A DNA stretch of 64,000 nt, taken from the NCBI GenBank assembly GCA_039028615.1, contig JBCCHT010000030.1, forward strand, positions 28,151 to 92,150. Reading direction: 5' to 3'. The notes beneath the pieces are model-generated. The model saw nothing but the letters and a program-made list of their open reading frames with translations, did no database searches and was not told the origin of the DNA. Made by a program: the position numbers and the translations under genes. The DNA comes from Myxococcota bacterium. Its GTDB lineage: Bacteria > Myxococcota_A > Polyangia > Nannocystales > Nannocystaceae. Positions 1 to 7,988 of the stretch are shown in pieces (within the stretch, counting starts at the first letter, position 1; each line of letters starts with the position of its first letter).

Positions 1-589
1 TCACCACGCCATCGTCACTTCGCATGATGTTGGCCGGCTTGAGATCGCGATGCACCAGCCCCTCGAGGTGCGCCGCCATCAAGCCCCGCCCCGCCTGCAC
101 GAAGGCCTCGAGCACCGCCCACCGATCGGGCCGACTCTTCAGCCAGGCCTTCATGCTCTCGCCGCGGATGTACTCCATCGCCAAGAAGAAGCGGCCGTCG
201 CTCTGCCCGACTTCGTGCACGGTGACCACGTGGGGGTGGGATAGGCGCGCCAAGGCCTGGGCCTCGCGTTGAAAGCGTCGCTGGTCCTCCTCGTCCGTGA
301 ACTCGTCCTCGAGCAGGATCTTGATCGCCACCTTGCGATCGAGTTCCTCGTCGTACGCGGCGTAGACCAGGCCCATCCCGCCCCGGCCGATCTGCTCGAG
401 CACGAGGAAACGGCCGATGCGTTCGGCCGTGGGCTCGGCGGAAAACAGGCGCTCTCGCACCTTGTCGGCGATGACCTGCTGGGTATTCGTGCCTTCGGCC
501 GAGCGTCCGGCGACCGGTGTGGCCCCCGCTCCGCCCTCTCCAGCCTGCAACGGGATGGTGGCAGAGTTCGATTCTTCCGACGATGCCAC
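1..589 (-). CDS. Ser/Thr protein kinase (Hanks-type), partial: N-terminal part in window, C-terminus lies beyond window start
   Basis: Manual minus-strand translation (frame absent from ORF track because no stop inside window) gives ...RIGRFLVLEQIGRGGMGLVYAAYD..VAIKIL..LSHPHVVTVHEV..LAMEYIRGESM..LVHRDLKPANIM; upstream in-frame stop at 635-637; probable GTG start at about 589. Confidence 0.8.
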   Translation of the reverse strand, partial: MASSEESNSATIPLQAGEGGAGATPVAGRSAEGTNTQQVIADKVRERLFSAEPTAERIGRFLVLEQIGRGGMGLVYAAYDEELDRKVAIKILLEDEFTDEEDQRRFQREAQALARLSHPHVVTVHEVGQSDGRFFLAMEYIRGESMKAWLKSRPDRWAVLEAFVQAGRGLMAAHLEGLVHRDLKPANIMRSDDGVV

Positions 590-643
590 CGCTTTGATGA
601 TCGCAGTTTTCGTGGTCCGCGAAAAGCAACTACGCTAGCCCCC

Positions 644-844
644 ATGCCCCCCGCGTTGAACGATGAACAACGGGTGAAGTTCTGGCGCCTGTTTCTGCTG
701 GTGGGCTCGATGATGCTCGGCTTGCTGACGCCTTCGCTCATCGAGCGCTTCCAGGCCGGCACCGCCGAGGCCATCCACTACGCGCTGCTCGGCGGGCTCG
801 TAGCGGTGGTGGGCTGGTCGATCTGGTCGATACGCCGCGGCTGA
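644..844 (+). CDS. small hypothetical membrane protein (66 aa, two hydrophobic helices)
   Basis: ATG at 644 inside ORF 269..844; segments FWRLFLLVGSMMLGLL and LLGGLVAVVGWSIWSI; no family recognised. Confidence 0.3.
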   Translation: MPPALNDEQRVKFWRLFLLVGSMMLGLLTPSLIERFQAGTAEAIHYALLGGLVAVVGWSIWSIRRG

Positions 845-854
845 GCCGAGCGCC

Positions 855-2387
855 TCACGAAGACCCGAATCGGGCCCGGAAGTCCAATTCGACGTCATCG
901 GCGAACCCGGTCACGATCGGGTGCTGGTCGCTGGAGACGATCATGTACACGTTCGCCGACTTGGGGTCGTTGAAGGTCCGCGTCTCCGGGAACGTGGTCT
1001 CGGAGTCGACCTCGAACAGCTCGATCGACGCCGTACTCGGGTGCTCGATGACCACGAAGTAGCTGGGGGTCCCCGCCCCGATGATCGTCTGATCTTCGAC
1101 CTCGAAGATCGCCTGCGTGTTGCTCGGATCGTGTCGCTCCGGCAGCCGGTACTTGGCCAGGAAGAACCCGATGCTCGCGTTGGGCAGCGAGTTGCTCCCG
1201 CTCACCCAGGTAGAGTCGTTGTTGTTCAGCTCCCCGGTGTGAAGGGCGTCGGCCGGGACCTCGAAGGTCGGGACCTCGAGGATCGTGCGCGTCGGCTGCT
1301 CGATGTCGTAGATCGGCAGGTAGCCCGAGTTCAGCCAGTCGCCGAGCACCAGGTGCGCCCCGAACTCGGTGACCACGCCCTCCATGCCGACCTCGTCGTC
1401 GCGCTCGCGGGAGACCAACGCCGCGAGCTGATCGACGATCCACGAGGTCTTCGCGGGCGCCGTGGTGATGAAGGAGGTGAATGCGGTGGGATAGGCGCGA
1501 GCCAGCCACATCCAAAAGGGCAGCGTCGGGTAGCCCTGGGCGGGCTTCGTGCGGTTGGCCAGGCGGATGTCGTTGGGCCGATCGAACCATGAGGTCAGCG
1601 TCACCGGGTTGGTGAGCGCCGAGTTGCCGTCGAGCTGCGAGAACTCGAGCTCGGCCCACACCGCCGTGCCCTCGAGGATCCAGTAGGTCAGCTGCTTCGT
1701 ACCCGCGTGGGTCACCGACACCGACCACCCGCAGCCGAACTGATAGGCGTGAAAGGCCTCGTGGGTCACGAATCCGTCGCGCGCGGCGGGGTTGCTGTCG
1801 TTGCGCATGAAGATGTCCGCATTGAAGTGGATCGTCTTCGTGGCCGCGTCGGCATACATGGCCGAGGTCGCGTCGAAGTAGGCCTTGCCCGAGCTGCCCC
1901 AGCCGAACTTGGTGCCGAAGGTGTCCACGAACCGCTGGATCACCCGATCGATGGTGTCGGAGACCCGCTGGGCGATGGCGGTCGTCACCGCGTTGCGCCC
2001 CGACGTCGCGTAGTAGACGGTGAAGAACCGGCCCTTGATCGACCGCAGGTCGCCCGCTTTGTCGCTTCGACGGGGCGCCTCGTAGTCGCGACGCTGCGCC
2101 GAGGAGAGCCCTTCGAGCAGCTCGGACATGCGCGCCCAGGCCGTCGTGCCGTGCACCGTCTTCCCGTTGCCGATGTCCCGCGCGGCGGTGCGGAAGTACT
2201 TGCGCAGGCGCGCGAGCTCGGTGGCCACCCCGGTGGGGATCGCGGGCGTCTTCCGCCCGGACTTGGCCGCGGTCTTTTTCTTCTTGGCCTTGCGAGTGCC
2301 CGTCGTTCGCTTCTTCCCGGCCTTCTTGTTCACCGCCTTCTTCTGTGCGGTCTTCTTCTTCGCGGTCTTCTTCTTCGCGTTCGCCAT
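855..2387 (-). CDS. hypothetical protein with Lys-rich histone-H1-like N-terminus and central HExxHxxQ putative zinc-metallopeptidase-like motif
   Basis: ORF 855..2420; likely start MANAKKK (aaggac upstream); N-terminus AKKKTAKKKTAQKKAVNKKAGKK; motif FVTHEAFHAYQFG encoded at 1749-1763. Confidence 0.6.
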   Translation of the reverse strand: MANAKKKTAKKKTAQKKAVNKKAGKKRTTGTRKAKKKKTAAKSGRKTPAIPTGVATELARLRKYFRTAARDIGNGKTVHGTTAWARMSELLEGLSSAQRRDYEAPRRSDKAGDLRSIKGRFFTVYYATSGRNAVTTAIAQRVSDTIDRVIQRFVDTFGTKFGWGSSGKAYFDATSAMYADAATKTIHFNADIFMRNDSNPAARDGFVTHEAFHAYQFGCGWSVSVTHAGTKQLTYWILEGTAVWAELEFSQLDGNSALTNPVTLTSWFDRPNDIRLANRTKPAQGYPTLPFWMWLARAYPTAFTSFITTAPAKTSWIVDQLAALVSRERDDEVGMEGVVTEFGAHLVLGDWLNSGYLPIYDIEQPTRTILEVPTFEVPADALHTGELNNNDSTWVSGSNSLPNASIGFFLAKYRLPERHDPSNTQAIFEVEDQTIIGAGTPSYFVVIEHPSTASIELFEVDSETTFPETRTFNDPKSANVYMIVSSDQHPIVTGFADDVELDFRARFGSS

Positions 2388-2641
2388 ACCGAGGTCCTTT
2401 CGACGGGAGCACCCCCACATCGACCGAGTCCGCCACTGCGGCCTCGGCGTCGAGGCATCACTCTACCGCGGAAGTCGCTCCAATTTTCGCTCGGTTTGGG
2501 CCCGCTTCGATCGGCCGAAGTCGCCGACATTACGCCGTTTGTGGGGCATCTCGGGCCCTCCTCGAATTATTCGGCCGGGCCTTGAGCAGATTGCGGGTCG
2601 GTGGAGACTCCCCCCCGTGAGCGCCGCTCCCCACCGCACCC

Positions 2642-3655
2642 ATGTTTGCCACTCCGCCGCCCATCGAAACGCTGATGCTCGAGTTCGAGGACACCCTCGA
2701 CGCCTACTTGCCCGGGGCTGATCTCGAGCCCCGCGATCTGCACGCCGCCATGCGACACGCGGTCATCGGCGGAGGCAAGCGACTTCGACCGCGGCTGCTG
2801 CTGTCCACGCTGCTGGCGACCCATGACCGCGCGCCCGACGAGGACACCCTCGATCTGGCCATGCGAGCGGCGGTGGCGGTCGAGATGATCCATGCCGCCT
2901 CTCTCGTGCACGACGACCTCCCCTGTTTCGACGACGCCGCGCTGCGCCGGGGCCAGCCCACCGTGCACCAGGCCTTCGGCGAGCCCATGGCCGTGCTGGC
3001 CGGCGACGCGCTGATCACCCTGGCCTTCCAGGTGCTCGCGGAATACGGCGGCCCCCATGCGAGCGCCGCCCTGCGGCTGGTCGCGCTGCTCTCCGAAGCC
3101 ACCGGGTCGGCCCGCGGCATCATCGGCGGACAGAGCCTCGAGCTCGCCCCGGGCCCGGCCGAGTACGACGCCGACTTCGTCCGCGAGTACCACCAGGCCA
3201 AGACCGCCGCCTTGTTCCGCTTCGCCACCCGAGCCGGCGCCGTGGTGTCGGGCATCAGCCGCGAGCACGAAGAGCGCTGGGGCCGAGTCGGCACCAACCT
3301 CGGCCTGTGCCTGCAGCTGCTCGACGACCTGATCGACGTGCATGGCTGTGACGCAGACTCGGGCAAGACCACCGGTCGAGACCTCGCGCTCGGCCGCCCC
3401 AACGGCGTGCTCGTGGAGGGCTCGGCCACCGTGCTTCACCGCCTCGAGCAGCTGGTCGACGCCTCCGTCGATCTCGTCGAAGCGCTGTCCATCGATCCAG
3501 AGCCCGTTCGCGCCCTGCTCGACCGATTCGAAGCCATGCGACGCCAGGCCCACCAATCGGCGGCCAACGACAGTCCCCTCCCCACGATCCCCAAGGCCCG
3601 GCGTCAGACCGACCCTCACCGGGTTGCCCTCTTGCCTCGGCCCGCCGCGGGCTGA
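2642..3655 (+). CDS. trans-polyprenyl diphosphate synthase (GGPP/FPP synthase family)
   Basis: 337 aa; first Asp-rich motif LVHDDLPCFDD and second Asp-rich motif LLDDLIDV typical of trans-isoprenyl diphosphate synthases. Confidence 0.9.
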   Translation: MFATPPPIETLMLEFEDTLDAYLPGADLEPRDLHAAMRHAVIGGGKRLRPRLLLSTLLATHDRAPDEDTLDLAMRAAVAVEMIHAASLVHDDLPCFDDAALRRGQPTVHQAFGEPMAVLAGDALITLAFQVLAEYGGPHASAALRLVALLSEATGSARGIIGGQSLELAPGPAEYDADFVREYHQAKTAALFRFATRAGAVVSGISREHEERWGRVGTNLGLCLQLLDDLIDVHGCDADSGKTTGRDLALGRPNGVLVEGSATVLHRLEQLVDASVDLVEALSIDPEPVRALLDRFEAMRRQAHQSAANDSPLPTIPKARRQTDPHRVALLPRPAAG

Positions 3656-3658
3656 GTC

Positions 3659-5062
3659 ATGACTGCCATGGCCACCAAGGACGCCCCCATGGTCACGCCT
3701 CGCGAGCGCGCGACCACCTTGTCGCTCGAGCCGAGCCCCCACGGCGCCTCCTCGATGGAGCGACGGGGCCGACAGATGTACGAGGCCACGCTGGCTTCGT
3801 ATCGGCGCAGCCTCGATCAGCACATGCCCGAGTGCGCCTTCCGTTCGTTCGCCGACTGGGGCTCGACCCCGGGCCACGCGGAGCACGAGCTGTTTGCCCA
3901 GATCAACGGGGTGTCTCAGCTCGCCCGGATGACCACGCTGCTGCTGAGTCCCGCCACGCCGACCGACCGAGAGTGGAGCCAGGTCGCGCCCGCGGCCGCG
4001 CTGATGAACGCCTGGCAGACGCACGAAGTCTACTCCGACAACCTCGCGCTCGGGCTCGGGCTCCCACCGACCCTCGATGACGAGGCGATGGCCGGTCGCC
4101 GGGAGCTGCTGCGGCGCTTCAACCACGAGATCGTCCGCTACCTCGATCTGTGCCCCCGCGCCACACGAGCGCAGCTCCACGGCGTGCTGAGCGGCTTCGA
4201 TTCCGAGGTCTCGTTGTTTGAGCAGTCCCTCGGTGTCGACAAGCACCAACGGCTCGCCCGGGCCTTCGCCGCCGTCCGACCCGAGCTCGACGAGCGCGCG
4301 CTGGAGCACGACTACGCCGCCGTCCTGACCGCCAACGTGATGAGCGCGGGCGAGGTCATGGACGCGATCGATCACCCCGCGCTGCGCGTCCTCGTCCGCC
4401 GCTGGCTTCGGCACCGCTACCGCTCCGTCGACGCCATGATGCAGGGGTGGGACTTCTACGAGCTCGATCTGCTCGAGCACGGCGGTCGCACGATCCTGGT
4501 CGCCCCCACCCTCGGCTACTACGTGTTCGCGGTCGCCGATGCGCTCGGCCTGCGCAGCCGACTGACGCCCGAGCTCGTCTACGGCCCGCTGGAGGAGGCC
4601 TTGCGTTCGGCGGCGATCCTCGTCCGGCTGCTCAACGACCTGGGAACCTCCCTGATGACGGAGACCACCGACCAGCGTCGGCGGGAGCTGGAGGCCCTGA
4701 GCGAGACCCTGCTGTACCGCGACCCCCGAGACACGCGCCTGGTGGACGCGCTAGCCCGGCTGGAATCGGCCAGCTTCACCCGCCTGGCCAAGGATGCCCG
4801 GTTCCGAGAGATCAACCTCGGCTTCTACGGTTTCGGCCACCGCGAGCTGAGCCCCGCGCTCGTCGGCGAGCTCACCCTTCGCATCGACTCGTTCGCCAGG
4901 GCCTACGAAGACCACCGTCGCGCCATGGCCGAGAACCTCTCGTTGCTCACCGCGCAGCTCGGCGACTCGAGGTGTGCCTCCATGGTCGATGCCTTCGTGT
5001 CGTTCCACGAAGAACTCTACGGGCACCACTATCATCAAGGCGCGGGGGAGTACGCCGTCTGA
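3659..5062 (+). CDS. hypothetical 467-aa helical protein translationally coupled to the prenyl diphosphate synthase; possible non-canonical class I terpene synthase
   Basis: starts 4 bp after upstream stop, same strand; NSE/DTE-like segment LLNDLGTSLMTE (spacing off by one from consensus); no canonical DDxxD found. Confidence 0.5.
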   Translation: MTAMATKDAPMVTPRERATTLSLEPSPHGASSMERRGRQMYEATLASYRRSLDQHMPECAFRSFADWGSTPGHAEHELFAQINGVSQLARMTTLLLSPATPTDREWSQVAPAAALMNAWQTHEVYSDNLALGLGLPPTLDDEAMAGRRELLRRFNHEIVRYLDLCPRATRAQLHGVLSGFDSEVSLFEQSLGVDKHQRLARAFAAVRPELDERALEHDYAAVLTANVMSAGEVMDAIDHPALRVLVRRWLRHRYRSVDAMMQGWDFYELDLLEHGGRTILVAPTLGYYVFAVADALGLRSRLTPELVYGPLEEALRSAAILVRLLNDLGTSLMTETTDQRRRELEALSETLLYRDPRDTRLVDALARLESASFTRLAKDARFREINLGFYGFGHRELSPALVGELTLRIDSFARAYEDHRRAMAENLSLLTAQLGDSRCASMVDAFVSFHEELYGHHYHQGAGEYAV

Positions 5063-5071
5063 ACACGAAGA

Positions 5072-5103
5072 CCGCCCCGGGCTCGCGCGGAGCCACGGGG
5101 CGG
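5072..5103. terminator. GC-rich inverted repeat between convergent genes (possible bidirectional terminator)
   Basis: ccgccccg (5072-5079) pairs with cggggcgg (5096-5103), nested ggctc/gagcc; no U-tract. Confidence 0.3.
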
Positions 5104-5134
5104 ATTCGGCGGAGCATCGCTCGCCGTCGACGAG

Positions 5135-6739
5135 CTAGCGGGCCATGCCGTAGGCCCCGCACCCGCTCATGGTGAAGTCCACGTCCCCCGGCGCCCCCGT
5201 GTAGAAGGTCGCCGACTGGGTCTGCGGGTCGTAGTACTCGACGTGGATCAGCCCCTGCTGCTGTCGGTACTCCGAGGCCAGGATGTCCTCGCTGAGCAGC
5301 GGCAGCGACACGACATTGTTGCCCGTGGCGAAGGGGGCCAGCGGGACATCGGCCGCCGTCGGCACGCGCCCCACCAACGCCCGGTACGGCTGCACGTTGG
5401 CATCGAAGTTCACCACGATGACCCCGCCGAAGCTCAGGTCGAAGTCCATCCAGGTGCTGCCGGAATCGATCGCGGTCCACCAGTAGTCCCAGCGCTGCGT
5501 GACCGGGTTCCACTGGCTGATGCGGTTCGCCGCGTCCTCGAACAGCGCGTCCGCATCGGAGATGGTCTCGAGATTACCCACCGTGCACAGGCCGATGAGG
5601 TTGTTGCCGGGGTACACGGGCGTGGTGACCTTGGCGAGCACGACCGAGTCGATCTCCACTCCGTCGGACATGAGCCGGTAGAAGTAGGTCGGCGTCTCCG
5701 TCCCCTGCGGAGCCGCGCCCGGGTCGGTGAACGACAGCTCCGTGCCCGAGTACAGGGAGACCGCGGTGGGCCCGGCATCGCGAGCACAGGACGCGGTGTC
5801 GCTCGGCAGATCGGCCGGGTCGGTGGCCCGCCAGATCTCCACCGTGCCCGAGCCGGAGCTCAGCACGTCCCAGGTGATGACGACGTCTTCGCCGTCGAGG
5901 TCGATGTCGGCCTCGAAGCCCACGTTGTCGTCGAGCTCGGGCGTGAACACGGCGTCGTCCACCCCCGGGCACAGATCGTCGTCGTCCTCGACCCCGTCAC
6001 CGTCCGCGTCGGCCGATGCCATGCTCACGGTGGAGCCCGCCTCGATGGGCACCCCGATCTCGGTCTCGTAGGCCCACCCGTGGATGATGAGGTGGTTGTT
6101 GGCGCTGTCGGAGGCGTTGAGGTTGTCGTGGCGCGCCTCGAGGTCGATCCAGCCCATGCGGCCGTCGGAGGTCTGGAAGCCGATGTAGCCGCGGCGGCTG
6201 GTGCCGTCGGTCGAGTACCACTCGCCGTTGAGGTTGTTGTAGTAGCGAGCCGCGATCCACCCCGCTGGGTCGCCGCCGCTCCAGCCGTCGTTGAGGGAGT
6301 TGGTCGCGTCGATGAGGTCACCCGCGGCGAGGATCGAGGGCGTGAAGCGCTCGGGGTTGGTGAAGTGCGGCTCGCCGACCCACGTCGCCAGATCGAGCCC
6401 CGTCGGCCAGTAGAGGTTGATCGCCGACCATGTCCGCACGTTCCCGGCCCACGGTGCGTACTGGTGCACGTGCCCGAACCGCATGTCCACGTCGCCGTCG
6501 CCGTCGAGGTCGACATCGAGGGTCGTCGGTGCCCCGCTGGTGGTCTCCACCGAGTCCCGCACGACCAGCGGAGCCGCGCTGTGGTCGGTCACAATGACCT
6601 CGGCCTGCGCCTCCTCGGCATACAGGCCGATCCCCAGCGCCAGTGCCATCGCTCCGACCAGCAGCGCGCGGCTCCGTGCCGTAGTGCTCGCGCTCAGTGC
6701 CCAGTGTCCCCCGTTGATCCGTCCGTGATTCGTATGCAT
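5135..6739 (-). CDS. secreted hypothetical protein with Asp-rich calcium-binding (thrombospondin type-3-like) repeats
   Basis: ORF 5135..6835; start chosen at MHTNHG (6739) giving signal peptide ..RALLVGAMALALGIGLYAEEAQA; motifs DADGDGVEDDDDLCPGVDD, DIDLDGED. Confidence 0.65.
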   Translation of the reverse strand: MHTNHGRINGGHWALSASTTARSRALLVGAMALALGIGLYAEEAQAEVIVTDHSAAPLVVRDSVETTSGAPTTLDVDLDGDGDVDMRFGHVHQYAPWAGNVRTWSAINLYWPTGLDLATWVGEPHFTNPERFTPSILAAGDLIDATNSLNDGWSGGDPAGWIAARYYNNLNGEWYSTDGTSRRGYIGFQTSDGRMGWIDLEARHDNLNASDSANNHLIIHGWAYETEIGVPIEAGSTVSMASADADGDGVEDDDDLCPGVDDAVFTPELDDNVGFEADIDLDGEDVVITWDVLSSGSGTVEIWRATDPADLPSDTASCARDAGPTAVSLYSGTELSFTDPGAAPQGTETPTYFYRLMSDGVEIDSVVLAKVTTPVYPGNNLIGLCTVGNLETISDADALFEDAANRISQWNPVTQRWDYWWTAIDSGSTWMDFDLSFGGVIVVNFDANVQPYRALVGRVPTAADVPLAPFATGNNVVSLPLLSEDILASEYRQQQGLIHVEYYDPQTQSATFYTGAPGDVDFTMSGCGAYGMAR

Positions 6740-6998
6740 CGTCCTGCCCCTGTTGTCTGTGTCGTGGTGGAGGGGTCGGTGGCACTTCGATGCGTTCCCC
6801 TCATTGGGACCGCCTCGCCGCTGCCTCCGAGTCACCCTTCAACAGGGCAGTGTTGCGAGCCTCGAATCGGGATGAGTCCAACACACAAAAAGATCGTGAA
6901 ATGTTCGGTGAAATCTCGCCGGGTTCGAGACCGCGCGTCGCTGTCGGGGGTTCCCTGGGTTCGACCCGCGCGACCGCAATTGCCGATACTCCACTGCG

Positions 6999-7919
6999 AT
7001 GAGCACTCGAGGGTTCCTGCTCGTGATCGGGGCCGCAGCCGCGGCCGGCATCGCCTTCGTCGTGCTCAGGGCCCCGCGCTCGCTCGAGATGAAAGTCCCC
7101 GGGCCCTGCGAGACCCGCCATACGGTCAGCTACCCCGACACCGACCTTCCTCCCGTGCCCCCCGAACGCATCGTGCATCGCTACGACGCCGCGGGCCGGC
7201 TGGCACTGGAGCAGCGTATGAACCAGGGCGATTCGATCGCCCAGAGCACGCGCTACGAGTACGACGAGGCCGGCAACCGGATCCTCGAGGAGCACACGCG
7301 CCCCGGGCCGATCCAGGTCACCGCGGCCGACGGCACCACGACCACCGAGACCAACCAGATCATCCGCTCGCGCTGGACCTACGACGCCGCCGGTCGCAAG
7401 GTCACCACCACCTTCGACGAGGGCGAAGGCACCCCGCCGACGCTGCACACCGTCCACGCCTACGACAAAAACGGCCACGAGCGCAGCACCCACAGCGAAC
7501 GCGAGGGCGGCAAGAGCAGCGACACCGACCTCGAGGTCGACGACCAGGGACGCGTGCTCACCCGGACGAGCCGCGGCAAGTCCCACCCCATGCAGCGCTT
7601 CACCTACGACGCCGACGGCAACCTGCTGCGCGACGCCGAGGACTACGACTCCGACGGGAAACCCGATCGGACCCTCGAGCACAGCTACGACGACGCGGGC
7701 CGGCACCTGCGAACGGTGGAGACCCTCCACCTGGGCAAGGGCGTGGTGGAGCGGCGGGAACGAACCTGGACCTACGACGACGCAGGCAACCCGCTCGAGC
7801 TACGGGAGAAACTGCTCGAGTCACCGGACGGCGGGAGCCTGCTGGTCGTCGAGACCCTCGACTACTCGTGCTGGACAGTGAAGGACGGCGTCGCGATCGA
7901 CGAACGCGGCGCCCCCTGA
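6999..7919 (+). CDS. short YD-repeat (RHS-family) protein with N-terminal TM/signal segment
   Basis: 306 aa; repeats YDAAGR, YEYDEAGNR, WTYDAAGRK, YDKNGHE, FTYDADGNL, HSYDDAGRH, WTYDDAGNP. Confidence 0.75.
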   Translation: MSTRGFLLVIGAAAAAGIAFVVLRAPRSLEMKVPGPCETRHTVSYPDTDLPPVPPERIVHRYDAAGRLALEQRMNQGDSIAQSTRYEYDEAGNRILEEHTRPGPIQVTAADGTTTTETNQIIRSRWTYDAAGRKVTTTFDEGEGTPPTLHTVHAYDKNGHERSTHSEREGGKSSDTDLEVDDQGRVLTRTSRGKSHPMQRFTYDADGNLLRDAEDYDSDGKPDRTLEHSYDDAGRHLRTVETLHLGKGVVERRERTWTYDDAGNPLELREKLLESPDGGSLLVVETLDYSCWTVKDGVAIDERGAP

Positions 7920-7937
7920 ACGGACGGCGGAAACGAC

Positions 7938-7967
7938 AAAGAGCCGGCCTCGGGAGGCCGGCTCTTT
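7938..7967. terminator. bidirectional intrinsic-terminator-like hairpin between convergent genes
   Basis: perfect 12-bp stem aaagagccggcc / ggccggctcttt with 6-nt loop tcggga, followed by gtt; lies between stop 7919 (+) and stop 7989 (-). Confidence 0.55.
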
Positions 7968-7988
7968 GTTCGAGGCTCGTGAGCCCGA

